NCBI GenBank assembly: GCA_016748015.1
Contig: JAAOMT010000187.1
Coordinates: 1-44,700 of the forward strand
DNA length: 44,700 nt
Direction: 5' to 3'
From: Geosiphon pyriformis uo1
Taxonomy: Eukaryota; Fungi; Glomeromycota
A program made the translations under genes and the position numbers. The stretch's first letter is position 1. Every line of letters begins with the position of its first letter. The notes under the pieces are model-generated. The model was not told the DNA's origin and ran no database searches. It worked only from the letters and a program-made list of their open reading frames with translations. Positions 1 to 12,779 of the stretch are shown piece after piece.

Positions 1-1311
1 AGAACTGATTTGGTTCAACACCAAATCTATACAGGAGATGCCAAACCCAGGCGACAACAAGCCTACCGAGTTGCTCCAGAAAGTCACCAATTTATCTGAG
101 AAGAAGTACAACAGATGCTTAACAATGGGCTTATTCAACCATCAATGAGCCCATGGGCCTCACCTGTGGTTCTAGTTAAAAAGAAAAATGGAAAGATACA
201 ATTTTGTGTTGATTACCGACAACTCAACAGTGTCACCATTGGGGATGCCTATCCTCTTCCCCAAATTGATGACATGTTGGATGCCCTTGGAAAGTCCAAA
301 TACTTTTTAACATTAGATTTAGAGAGTGAATACTGGCAAGTTGCTATGGATCCCAAAGACTGCCCCAAAACAGCATTCACCACTCAAGGAGGAAATTACG
401 AGTTCAATATAATGTCTTTTGGATTATGCAATGTACCAGCAACATTCCAAAGACTCATGGATGTTGTTTACAAAGACCTCCTTTGGAAATCAATAGTAGT
501 TTATCTTGATGACACTGATGTTTATTCACCATCTTTCAAGCTACATTTAATTCACCTGCGAGAAGTTTTTCAATGATTACGGAAAGCAGAATTGAAACTG
601 AACATTGAAAAATGCTATTTCGGAAAGACAAGTTTAGCTTTTCTTGGTCACATTGTTAGCAAAGATGGAATTAAACCAGACCCCAGAAAAATCAGTACTG
701 TCAAAAACTTCAAGACTCCACGAAATACCACAGAATTAAGAGGATTTATTAGATTAGCATCCTATTACCGAAAATTCATCAAAGAATTCTCAGAAATTGC
801 AAAACCCCTCAACCAGCTCACTACAAAAAATGTTGAATACAAATGGACAAAAGAACACCAAAATGCCTTCGAGATACTCAAGGAAAAACTCACAACAGCC
901 CCAATCCTCACCTACCCAGACTTCAGTAACCGATTCCAGTTAGCAACTGATGCTTCTTATACTGCCTTTGGTGCTATCCTATCACAGTTAGATGACAATG
1001 GAAATGAGTGAGTAATTGCTTATACTAGTAGAACATTAAAGCCAGCCGAAAAGAACTATTTTGCAACAGAATTAGAAACTGCAGCAGTAATCTGGGTCCT
1101 ACATCACTTCAACCTTTATCTCAGACCCAAAGAATTTGATATTATCACTGATAATATTAGACTTAAATGGCTTCAAAACAAAAACACCCAGCTGAATGCA
1201 AAACAAACCTGATGGACAGAATTTTTAGCTAATTACCGATACATCATACATCACAAACCAGGAAAACTCCACACCAATGTTGATTGTCTTTCAAGAATGA
1301 GGCAAGATTAG
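1..1311 (+). pseudogene. Gypsy reverse transcriptase-RNase H (copy 1), with in-frame stops
   Basis: ORFs 115-576 and 592-1011 share one frame, broken by CGA>TGA-type stops; frame ends HKPGKLHTNVDCLSRMRQD-TAG at 1309-1311. Confidence 0.93.
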
Positions 1312-1360
1312 AAAACAAAACCAACACCCATTTGAATTAACAGCATCAAAACAACAAACA

Positions 1361-2746
1361 ATGAACCCCAAAAACTACAACAATCTCAAACAATATTTGG
1401 AGACATTAACAATCCCAACAGATTGGTCCTCAGACAAAAAACATCGGTTACAACAACAAGCCAAACAATATTTTCTACACAACAACATTATCTATCATCG
1501 AAATTTCAAAAACCCAACCAAACCACTCAAATTAATACAAGAACAGGAAAAAAAAACCATTTTATACAACATGTACTCAGATCCTTCATCAGCACACTTT
1601 GGAAAAGATAGCACCATCCAAAGAACACTAGAATACTACTTTTGGCCTCGAATGAGAAAAAACATTTACGAATATATCGAATCTTGTGATAGTTGTCAAA
1701 GAAAAGGAGGAACTCGCCCTACAGAATCTTTAAATCCAATCAAAGTTGGACAGCCTTTTGACAGAGTTGGTATTGATTTAGTCGGACCACTATCTATTAC
1801 CACTCAAGGAAACCGTTATATTGCAGTAGCTGTAGACTATCTTACTAAATGGCCTGAAGCCAGAGCCATTCAATGAGCAGATGCAAAATCAGTAGCAAAT
1901 TTCATCTACGAAAACATCATTTGTAGACATGGATGTCCAATTGAACTTTTATCTGATCAGAGAACACACTTTGTGAACAACCTGATACAAGAAATTTGTG
2001 AACGATTCAATGTCAAAAGACCTCTGTCTTCGTCCTACCATTCACAAACAAATGGACTTGTGGAACAGTTTAACAGAACATTGTGTGAGTCATTAGCCAA
2101 AGTCTCAACCGATTTTGAGCAAGAATGGGATCTCTTTATTCCATCAGTGTTACTAGCATATAGGACATTAAAACAAGATACCACGAAACACACACCATTT
2201 GATTTAACTTATGGAAGGACGGCAACATTACCAATTAGTTTCACAGTGGAAACATACCCAGCACAACTGATCGATGAAAACAATTTCCAAGAAATGCTTC
2301 AGCGAAGAGCCTACACTCTGCTTAGTACATTGGAAGGAAAATGACAAATAGCAGCCACCCATATTGAATACTTCCAAGCTCAACAAAAAGAATGGCATGA
2401 TGACAAATTGCCTTCAGTCATCAATAAATTCAAAATTGGAAACAAAGTTCTCTTACACAGAACTAAAGCTGAAAAACAATGGAGTGGAAAATTTGAAAAT
2501 AAATGGGATGGACCATTCTTTATCCATGAAGTCCTAGGCAATGAATCATACAAGCTAAGACTTGATGACAAAATTCTAGCAAAAGTTGCACATGGAGATC
2601 GTTTGAAACACTATCATTCCAGAAGCAATCCTGAACCATTAATTCCACAAATTAGTACACATTCTCCTTTGGTCAGTCCCGAAGATATTCCCTAAAACTT
2701 AGAACCAATAGTTGTCATTGAACAACCTTCCAACCTGAACACTTAA
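1361..2746 (+). pseudogene. Gypsy integrase (copy 1): HHCC, DDE core, GPF module; no chromodomain
   Basis: SAHFG...CDSCQR, GIDLVGP, LSDQ, GLVEQFN, WDGPFFI; ORFs 1361, 1973 and 2408 are in one frame. Confidence 0.93.
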
Positions 2747-3178
2747 TTTAATTTTACTAGTCATTCTCTTATAATTTAGAAACAATCTCACAAAAACAAA
2801 AACAAAAATAACATAAAAACCCATATACCAAAAATAATTTTTATTTTTTTTTTCAATTTCTATTATAAACATTAGGGTAGCCTACAGATGAGATTCCTTT
2901 AGAAGAGTTGACTTTCACAGCAAAGTAACTACACAATTTTAGTGAGCTTCCAGATAAGCAATTCCTGAGAAAGAGTTGACATTTACTACAACATAACTAT
3001 ACCAAATAACTGGCATGGAATTGGTCATTCTACTGATAAGTCCAGCAATTCAAATTATAGAAGATAATTTGAAGATAAATTCAGTTACTGGAGGTTCAAC
3101 CACATCCAGAAAACGTGAATTCACAGCAAATAAGTATCAACAACATTACAGAAAAGAGACCAAAAACCTCCAGTAACA

Positions 3179-3330
3179 ACATTATCTAATGTTATTACAT
3201 ATTATTCTGTGTTATTCTGTATTATAACACATTATCCTATGATATAATGCATTATTCTGTATTATCCTGTGTTATAACACATTATTCTATATTATACTAT
3301 GTTATTTAATATTATTGTACATTATTCTGT
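3179..3330. repeat. Degenerate ~10-bp tandem repeat (RTTATYCTRT-like)
   Basis: attattctgt / gttattctgt / attatcctat / attatcctgt units in tandem. Confidence 0.7.
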
Positions 3331-6300
3331 GTCTTTTCATATTTTGTTACATTTTTTTTCTTTCTTTAATAGGCTTTCTTTCTTCAAGTAATAGTGGTAT
3401 CTGGTTTCTGAACTCCACTAGCATAATCCTGATGGTTGGTTTAATGAACTGGGAATTAGTTAGTAAACAACCATCACCAATCTCCAGTTTTAAGTAACCC
3501 TTGATCTGAAATTTTTTGATGTCATCTAAGCTGAGTTTGGTGGTAGTGTTGAAATTTGTTGAGGTTGATATATTACTTGTGGCTGTGGTAATTAATATAT
3601 TATGAGCATTGTCAGTTGATATATTGAAGGTAAGTATAATTGCTGCATCATTGATGCTTAATACATTGGCTGAGTCACTTGAGCATAATGTGGTTAATGT
3701 TGATAATGTTCTTGTAATTGATTACTGACATAATTCTGAGTTTGGAGTTGGTGATCAGAGTTTTGATACTGATTACCTAATCATTGATTACTTAACCATT
3801 TACAACATTCAAATTGCAGATGTCTTTGTTTACCACAATAATGGCACACACGCGTTTTTTACTGCCACTGTTGATTAGTTGAAAATAATAGATGCAATTG
3901 GTTTTAGAAACAATTTACATTTCTCTGATTATTTTATCATTGTAGAGGTTGATAAATGGCTTGATTGTTAGCTAAATATCTCTCTAATTTCTGATTGATT
4001 AATTTGCTGAATTGTTTTAGTTTAGAATCCAAGTCAGATGATCTATTTATTACTAGATTTACAGTTTGGGCATGGTTAGCTTTAAGTTCAGCTGTTTCAA
4101 AATCTTTGGCATTTATGATTGTGGCTTGAAAGTCTGCTGAATGTAATAGATATATGCATTAAAGAATGCTACTGCACAGACCTCTAATAAATTGATTTAG
4201 AATTTGTGGTGCTGTAAAATAATCAGCTTGTATTGCCTAAATTTGGTGCAAATTTCTGTAGAAGCATCTAAGGTAGGTAGTAACTGCCTTATTTTCTCCT
4301 TGCTTAATAGTGGTAAAAGTATTGGCTAGATAATTAATACTATTATTGTTGCTAAAATATTGTAGGAATGTAAGCTTGAATGTATTGAAATCTTGAGATT
4401 TGTTGGCCAAGCTTTGATATTATAAGTTGGCAGTATTCTGAAGAAAGTATGGAATGGCTTGCATGGCTTTGGTGTCATTCTATTCATTGGCTGTGATGGC
4501 TTTTTTGACATTGTTTAGCCACACCTGAGCATCATCCTCTTTGCTGGTGAATTTTTTGATCTTGGTGATTGGTGCATATGCTATTTGTTGTTGTTATTAT
4601 GGTGGTTGTTGGAATGGTTGCTGCAATTGTTGTTGATGTGATACTTACAACTGTTAAATCAGTTCAATTGATGGCTAATTGATCACATTTATCAGAGATA
4701 AGTTTTGTGGATTAATTATGTTGGGTTTGAATTGTTCTGATTTTGGGGAGTTTGAAGATTCGGAGTTTCTATTTCTGGATTTTCTAAAATCAGGTTTTGC
4801 TGAGTTTAAACATTTGGGGTTTCAATTTCCAGGTTTTTAACAATCGAGTTTTGGTAATTGAATTCCTGATTGTTATCTTTTTTTTTTTTGATTCCATTAC
4901 TTTGCAAAAACTCATGATTCCAAAATCTGGTGAAGGTAGCAGTAATCAAAATCTTAATGGTATCAGTAATCACAATTTAAATCCCTTAAAATATTCACTG
5001 TAAGTTCTTAATAAATCAGTTTTTGATTGTTTACTTTGAAATAGTATTTATGCCAATGGGATTTTCACATTTAATGTGGATATACCTGTTAATAAAATGT
5101 TGATGGTGCTTTTGGATGTATAGTAGTATAATAAATTGATTGGTGATTCAAGTTTTGTTTTCTTTCAAGTAAGTGGTTGTATTTTTTGAGGTGTTATTGT
5201 TGGTGTTTGTAGTTTTTTTTTGCCTTTGTTTGCATAGGTGATTGGATATCTTTGTTGAGTATGAATTTCAATTTCTCTATTGATTTCAGTAAGAATTGCT
5301 GTAAAATTATAATTTGCTGATAGGCTGGTATTTTGGATTAATTTGTTGTAGAAATTTCTTCTAGCTGAGTTGGTTTCTATTGGTACTTCTAGAAAATATG
5401 AGATTTTCTCATTGATGTAGAAATTGAAGACTGATTCTGCTGATAAGTGATTGTTGGTTAATCTTAAGTATTGACAGTAATATTAAAACAAGAATTTGGC
5501 AAATTTTAGATGGTTTGTTTCTATTCTTTTTAGTTCTGCTACTTTTGGATAGTTGTTTGTTGGTGCTGCTTTTTTGTAAGATTATATTTCACAGAAAGCA
5601 CCAAATATTACAAGTAATTATTTGGAGTCTCAAATCAAATAACAAACTCATAACTTGGTACTCAATTGTTATTATGGTTGATAATATCTGAAGGTTTTGG
5701 TTGAGTTTTTTGTATAATAAACAGAGATTTAATAGTGTTTTAGTAGCCTCCTAGAATCACAATTTCATTAAATTTCTTTTTTAGCATAATGGCCAGTAAT
5801 CTGACAAAAATGCCCTTCTAATAAGCTATCTTTAAATTATCAAACTTTATACTCTTTCTTTGGAATCTTTTACCAGGCTATCCTTGATGTTAATAACTCA
5901 GCACTTTACTTTTTATCAATTAGTTAACAACAAGAAATAACAAAATAACAGAGAAAAAAATAAAAAAAATAAGCCAAGACAATAAATGTCAGTATTCTAT
6001 TAATAGTCATAATCAAGAGCTATTGTTTCAGTATAATTAAGTATGAATTACTATTAATATAAAGAGTTGATAGTAGAGAGTGGTTTTGAGATAGTGAATA
6101 ATTATTTATTGATATTTGTGATATGAAAAGTTGTTTAGATTAAATCTAAATTAAAAGGTCTGTTTTTTTTATTTCTAATACTACCACTATATATACATAA
6201 TTAAGATTCCTCAATTTTTCAATTTTTCACACCAGGAATCCTGGAATTTCTGGAATTCCTGGAATTCTGTAATTCCTTTGAAAAGAATCCTGGAATTCTG

Positions 6301-6448
6301 GAATCCTGTAATTTCTTGTATAAAAATTCTGAAAATTCTGGAATTTTGCAATTTCTCTAAAAGAAATTCTGGAATTCCATATTTACTATGGTTACCTTTG
6401 ATTGGCTAATCTATATGCTAATATACTCCTTATATTCTAAAAGTAACA
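3330..6448 (-). mobile_element. Ty3/Gypsy family B, truncated: 5' LTR (6448-5606), PBS (5603-5589), decayed gag with CCHC knuckle
   Basis: Minus strand reads YAPITKIKKFTSKEDDAQVWLNNVKKAITANE...QILNQFIRGL (gag, similar to 11477-12211) and RVCHYCGKQRHLQFEC near 3850-3805. TGGTGCTTTCTGTGA lies 2 nt from the LTR end. The LTR is homologous to 8559-9512. Confidence 0.88.
5606..6448 (-). repeat. 5' LTR of Gypsy family B
   Basis: Termini T(A)TTAC...GTAACA; homologous to solo LTR 8559-9512; GGAATTCC-type array 6235-6378; CCAAT (~6401) and TATA-like (~6190) motifs on the minus strand. Confidence 0.85.
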
Positions 6449-7125
6449 GTATTAAATATGTATTATAGTAAGATAGAGTTTTTAGATTATAATTTTACTT
6501 ACAGTTTAGATTTTTTTATTTGTTAAGATTTATTAAATAAATACTGTTCTTTGTAAAAGTTTTTAACTGACACAAATTTAATTTTGTAGTTTTTTAGTTA
6601 TTGGCTAAGTACACTTTAAATATTGGCAAGTATACAGTTTTATATAAGAGATTCATTTTAAAAAATTAGTAATTAGAGACTAAAATCTGTTTTAAAGATG
6701 CTAAACTTGCTGTATTTAGTTTGATTAAATTTGTTTAGGGCTTGGTTATTGGTCATAAAAAGTGAATATAGATTTTTAACTTGAAACTTTAAATTATTAT
6801 GGAATGTAAAAAGTTGTTGATTGATAATAAATTAATGTTTAATATTGTTTATGGTCTTTCTGTTAAGATATTAAATAGTATTATTCATTTATTAGAAATT
6901 GAAAAAAGTATTGTAATTAGTTTTGGCTTAAAAATTAGTTATTTGTTTTTTGCTAATATAATAAAAAAAGTTTCTGTTAACATAGTTATATAGTAGTGTT
7001 TTGATTGGCTGAATGGTTGATCATATCTAGTAAGCATATAAATTATATTTAATTTAGAATTCTAGATAGCTGTATTGTATTAAATAATAATTGGACCTTA
7101 CTTATAATTAAATATAAAAAAAAAT
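6449..7125 (+). mobile_element. Heavily decayed 3' fragment of the LINE family (ORF2 C-terminus, 3' UTR, A tail)
   Basis: Aligns by eye to 21276-21959: VLNMYYSKIEFLDYNF vs VLCLYCGEVEVSDHVF; UTR tagtagtgttttgattggctgaatggttgatcatat vs tagtgttgttctaatcagcccgaatggctggtcacat; ttggacct before an A run. Confidence 0.78.
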
Positions 7126-8558
7126 ATTAACAAATATTAAGGTTTTAATTATAAATTAATAATTAAATATATTTTTTATTATTTTGTTTTATTTATTAAT
7201 ATTAATAAATACAATTTAATTATTAATTATTAATTATTATATATAAACAAATTATGTATTTATAATTAAATATAATTTATATAATTACTATATATAATTA
7301 GTCATTTAAATTAATTAAGATACTAATATTACTATTAAGACCAAAAAAAACAAATTCTTATTATGTAAACCAAAACTAATTATAAAAGCTTTAGTAATAT
7401 TAAGTATGTAAATTATTTTATTACTATTAAACAAATTATGTAATTTATAAAAAATAGATAACTTATTATTAATTAAATTATTTTTTTTATTATAGTCTTG
7501 TACTTAAACTTATATAATTATATATTTTTTTATAATTTTTTATTAAATAATATATTAAAGATATTAAATACAAACAAATTATTTTGATATTTTTAAATAT
7601 TGATAATATTTTAAAAAATCAAATATTTTTTACTATTTAAATAATTAAAAATTTAAAACAATTAAAAAAAATTTTTTTAATGTTTTTAAATCATTTTTTT
7701 TAAATTTAAAGCTTATTTTTTTTATAACAAATAAAATATTAACTTTTTTTAATTTTTTTTAAAATTTATACTAATTTTGTTATAATTATATTAACAATAA
7801 TACTTGATTATAAACAATAATAATAATATATTTATTAAATTAAATTTGATTAATATATAATTATATTGTTTAATTTTAAAAACAAAACAAATTATGCTTT
7901 TATGTATAATTTTAATTAATTAATTAATTAATTATAAAGTAATATTAATTTTGTTAATATTTAAAAACTATTATTAATTATTAAAATTTTTTAAATTTTA
8001 AATTTATTTTTTAAATATTATTATTATTATTTATTTTAACAAGTGTAATCCAATTGTTATTTAGAAACATATAACATATACTTATCATAAACTAAATGCA
8101 ATTTATGTATTTGCTATATGTAATTAACCACTCAAACCAATTAAAACTATACTACAAATTAACTACCACTATTATATTATTTCTTATATCCAAAAAAAAT
8201 AAGCATTTAAAATCTATATTAGAGTATACTCTTTTATTTTTTTCATATTAAGCAATACAACTAATCTGTTATTTAATTTGTTTATATTACAAATATTATA
8301 AAAAACTATACTATTATTAGCAATAATTATACTTTTTTTTTTCATATTGGCTTTGTGTTTAGATTTACAATGCCATATTTCGGATTTGTAAGCCAATATT
8401 AAGTTCTTTACAAATATTATTATTTGTAAATCCACCAGTTCAAAATTACCAAACACAGTCAAAGCTTTATTATATTAACTTTTTGGCATGAAACTCTTTA
8501 CCAAAGCAGAATATAAATTAATATTATATATACAAAAAAACAGATCCTTAAAAACCAC

Positions 8559-9512
8559 TATTATAGATGATTATTTGAAATCTCAAAGCAAATAACAAAC
8601 TCATAACTTGGTGCTCAATTGATAATAATGTTGTTGGTAATTTCTAAAAGTGTGTTTGTCTGAAAATTTTGGTTGAGTTCTTTGTATAATGGACAGAAAT
8701 TCAATAGTTGTTTTCAGTAGCCTCCCGGAATTGCAATTCTGTCCAATTTTTTTCTCAGCATAGTGGCTGGTAATTTGGCAGAGATGCTCTTCTGGTAAGC
8801 TATTCATTAATATATATAATTTTTATACCCTTTTTTTGGGGTCTTTTACCAAGCTATTCTTGACATCAATAATTTAGCACTTTAATCCTTAATCAATTTA
8901 GTAAACAACAAAAGAAAATAAAATAAAATAAAAAATAAGTGTTCTGTTAATAGCTGTGATCAAAAGCTATTGTGCCAGCAGATTAAGTAGTGGATAATAA
9001 GAATTAAAGAGATATTTTATTTATATAATTCCATTTTGGTTGATAGCAACTATCCTTGAAATGAAGATTAATAAATAAAGAAGAAAGGGAATTGTTTTAA
9101 ATTAATAAAACTCTATTGAATTCTCCAAGAATTTTAATAATTATAACTTGTGAGTCTAATTGATTCTGAGAGTCCTACTGATTCTCAGTCTTCTTAACTT
9201 TGAGTCTAATTGACTTTGGAAGTCCACTTGATTAATTTTCTAGTTTCTAATACTACTACTATATATACATAATTAAGATTCTTCAATTCCTCAATTCTTT
9301 ACACCAGGAATCCTGGAATTTCTGAAATTCTGCAATTCCTTTGAGAGGAATTCTGGAATTTTATAATCCTGCAATTTCTTATATGAGAATCCTGAAATTC
9401 TTGGAATTCTGCAATTCCTCTGAGAGAAATCCTAGAATTCCACATTTACTATGTTTATTCTGATTGGCTAATTTATGTACTAATATTTAATTCCTATATT
9501 CTATGAGTAACA
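8559..9512 (-). mobile_element. Solo LTR of Gypsy family B with 4-bp TSD CCAC
   Basis: Homologous to 5606-6448; ends GTAACA; CCAC at 8555-8558 and 9513-9516. Confidence 0.88.
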
Positions 9513-9714
9513 CCACAAAAAAACAACAACTATATTTAGTAATAATACTTAATATATTTCAAACTTATATAAAATTTTATTGTAAACATCATTGTTCTAA
9601 AAACACCTAAACATATAATTAAAAGTCTTAATTTTGTTATAAAACAAGTATTTTATACTTGAATATAACACACTGTATAAATATTTTTTAATAGTCATTA
9701 ATAGATATTTATGT

Positions 9715-10699
9715 TGTTACCAGACAAAATTAGAGATATTATTTAGCATAAAATTATCTTATAATTCCTATTATTAATTAGCATATATTATCGTTTCAAA
9801 TTATCACTTATTACATTAGCAAAAATGTCTGAAATTATCATTTAATTAATAACCCAAATTGTACACAACACAAATGTAACTTAATTGCGATGATCAATCA
9901 TGCAATACCCCGAACTATGTAACATTCAAAAGTTCGTTGAAATTTATAGAAATTCGCCGAAATAATTGATAGTTCACCAAAATATCTAATAGTTCGCAGA
10001 AATAACTTGTAGTTTGCCGAAATATATCTTTAGTTTAGTGAAATTGTAGAAAATAGCAAAGTTCAAGTTCATAGAATAGTATTACGACAAGTTGTATAAA
10101 AGAAGAGCTTCTCTCTTCAAGAAAATGTATCTTACTTTAGATTTATCACTTAGAACCATTTATACACACACAAAAAGAAATAAATATCAAATAATTCAAA
10201 AAACCAAACTCTTTAAATTATTGCACTTGGAAAATCCTCAAAAACCTAACTAACGTTTTGAAATTAATTAGCTACCAATTTCAGTAAACTGTTAGTGACT
10301 CCAGGCCTGGATAGAAAACGTTTTGCTTGACAGAATTCTATTTTTTTTACATTTCTTTTATTTTTTTTTCCTTTTCTTTTCTTATTACAATCATTAAGGT
10401 AGCCTACAGACAAGATTTCTGTAGAAGAGTTAACTTTCACAGCAAAGTAACTATACATTTTAGTAAGCTTCCAGACGAGCAATTTCTGGGAAAGAGTTGA
10501 TGTTTACTACAACGTAACTACATAAAGTAACTGGCACGGAATTGGCCATTCTACTTATAAGCCCAGCAATTCAAATTATAGGAGATAATTTGAAGATAAA
10601 TTCAGTTATCGGAGGTTCAAACACTTCTTATAGTCATGAATTAACAGCATTACAACAAACATACAAGAGCTAAGAAGAGACCAAAAACCTCCGGTAACA
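9715..10699 (+). repeat. 5' LTR of family A (985 bp)
   Basis: Direct repeat of 19071-20050; inverted termini; TATAAAAG near 10095. Confidence 0.96.
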
Positions 10700-10701
10700 T
10701 T

Positions 10702-10716
10702 TGGTGCTCTCCCACA
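10702..10716 (+). promoter_or_regulatory. Primer binding site (TGGTGCTCTCCCACA)
   Basis: TGG begins 2 nt after the 5' LTR end, complementary to tRNA CCA. Confidence 0.85.
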
Positions 10717-10744
10717 GAAACAACACAGCAAAAACAACTTCAAA

Positions 10745-12550
10745 GTGACGACCACACCAGACACAACAACTCTAGAGTATTACCAATCAATTTACACCCA
10801 CTGCAAGCAAAGATTCAACATTCCAGACGGAATTGAAATTGTCAAGAAATCAGTATACCAATATATTGAAAACCGCATCAACAATTATCTTTTTGGAAAT
10901 TACAATATCTCAGAAGTTAGAAGCAACCTTTACAATAATTTAGCACACTATTCACAGTTGGGAACTGAAAAACTTAACAGTGAAACACTTGCCACTTACT
11001 TTCACAAACTTAATTTTAACATTATCAAATACTGTGAAGAAACATATCTAGTGCAGTCTCAATACACTATTGATTTTGAATCGGAAACAGAAACAAGCAA
11101 CAAAGACAAAAACAAATTAAAGCAATATTCAAGAACCACCCCAAATACTCTAATACTACCGAAAACAACTGCCAACTATTTACAAACACCTGAACAAGGA
11201 ACCAGTTCAAAACTTCCACTTACTATCACACCTTTTCTAGCTTTACTTGCACAAGCACAAACACCTAATTCACTCTTGAATTGATTTGCAAAACCAGAAG
11301 ATTTTACATCACTCAGAAGTCTTACCAGACAACAAGAACCCCTTCAAACTAGTTCCAATCTCCTTGATTTTATAGCTGAAAATCAAAGTGAACACTCTGA
11401 GACAGCAGCAAATGAAGAAAACAACTCTGAAATAACTGAAGAAGAATCAATAGACAGTGAAAATGAAAAAGACAAAATGACAACATATATCGCAAAAATC
11501 CCTGAATTCAATGGAGAAGATATTGAGACCAGTTCCCAAGAATGGCTCGACCAAGTTACTAAAGCTGGAGATGCAAATAGATGGAATGCTGCCAAAATGT
11601 TAAGAACAATTCTCTACTTTCTCAAAGGAACAGCAGAAGAATGGTTTGAAAACTTGGCTGCCCCATTCAATGATTGGAACACTTTCAAAGCAGCCTTCCT
11701 TGAACAGTTCACCAACAATAATACTTCTATCATTCTTCATAATCATTTTCAAAATATCAAACAAAAACCCTCCGAATCTATTATGACTTATATTGGGAAA
11801 TTCAACAAACTTCTTAGACAAATTTGCCAACTCGAAACAAACAATTATTATTCCGATGCTCAAATCTTGGATCAATTTATCACTGGTCTAAAAGATAAAC
11901 TAATTAAAAAGATTCGCCCACATGTGCCAGAAGATTTAAACTCTGCCATACAGCATGCGAAAAGATATGAAATAGTCATAGAAAAGGCCAATCGCACAAA
12001 ACTTGTAAATTTGGCAATTGGAGAAACCAGCTTAGCAGCTGAAAAAAAAATTGACCAACTCACAAAAAAGGTTGAAAACTATTTCACCAATCAACAACAA
12101 CAGCAACCCCAAAGATATCAACCACCCCAAAGACGAAATCAAAATAACTTTGCACCACTTTCCAATAACCAGCCTCAAAATTGCCATTACTGTGGAATCT
12201 CTGGCCACTGAAAAAGAGATTGCAAAAAGCTACAACAAGACCAACAAAATAGGAGTAATCAACATTACCCTCTACCACAGCAATCTTATTATCAACCACC
12301 ACCATCAGCTTACTATCTACCAAGACCCCAATACCAAAATAACTATTATCAGCCTGCCCCACAGCCAATCCAACAGCAATACCAACAACCGCTCACACAA
12401 CATTATCAAGTATCTGCTCGAAGACTGCTTACACAGAATCAATTCACACCACAAAATTGATACCAAGTAAACAACAATAGAATCAGTTCGAATAACCAAT
12501 TGGTTTCTCGAAATTCCACTCAACCAAGACCCAACCACTACCACACTCAA
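10745..12550 (+). pseudogene. gag (N-terminal extension, capsid-like domain, Q-rich linker, CCHC knuckle)
   Basis: IPEFNGED...EWLDQV...QFITGL; CHYCGISGH*KRDC at 12182-12223; same frame as downstream PR, dUT and RT. Confidence 0.9.
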
Positions 12551-12779
12551 TCCAGTTATTTAACAATGCTGGAAGAACAGAATTTTTATCATACTGCACC
12601 TTCGGAAGGTGGAGCTGCAGCACAACAACAAAACCCTTTCTATACTCTTACCACAATCCCACCAGCCAGAATTGCTGAAAATGCTAACCTTTCAGATATA
12701 TTCCCTTTTGAGTTCGAAGCAAATAAGTCATTATTCCTGCTTAGCAATGCAGCTGCCAATAAACAAAAAGCAATCATGG

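Larger units (their letters stand above)
1..3178 (+). mobile_element. Ty3/Gypsy LTR retrotransposon family A, copy 1: 3' part only (RT, RNase H, integrase, internally deleted 3' end, partial 3' LTR)
   Basis: RT motifs SPWASPVVLVKKK, CVDYRQLN, YLDD; RNase H ATDAS; integrase; collinear with 15055-18370. 2860-3178 matches the 3' part of the family A LTR and ends ...CCTCCAGTAACA. Confidence 0.95.

Noticed and set aside
8601-8807. 68-aa ORF in the family B LTR
   Set aside because: The frame is broken in the other LTR copy and there is no recognisable domain
5606-9512. One element bounded by the two family B LTRs
   Set aside because: 8559-9512 has its own TSD (CCAC), the PBS and gag lie on the outer side of 5606, and the interior is LINE debris
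9931-10044. CRISPR-like repeat-spacer array
   Set aside because: 13-bp repeats with 7-nt spacers are far too short, lie inside an LTR of a eukaryote, and no cas genes are present
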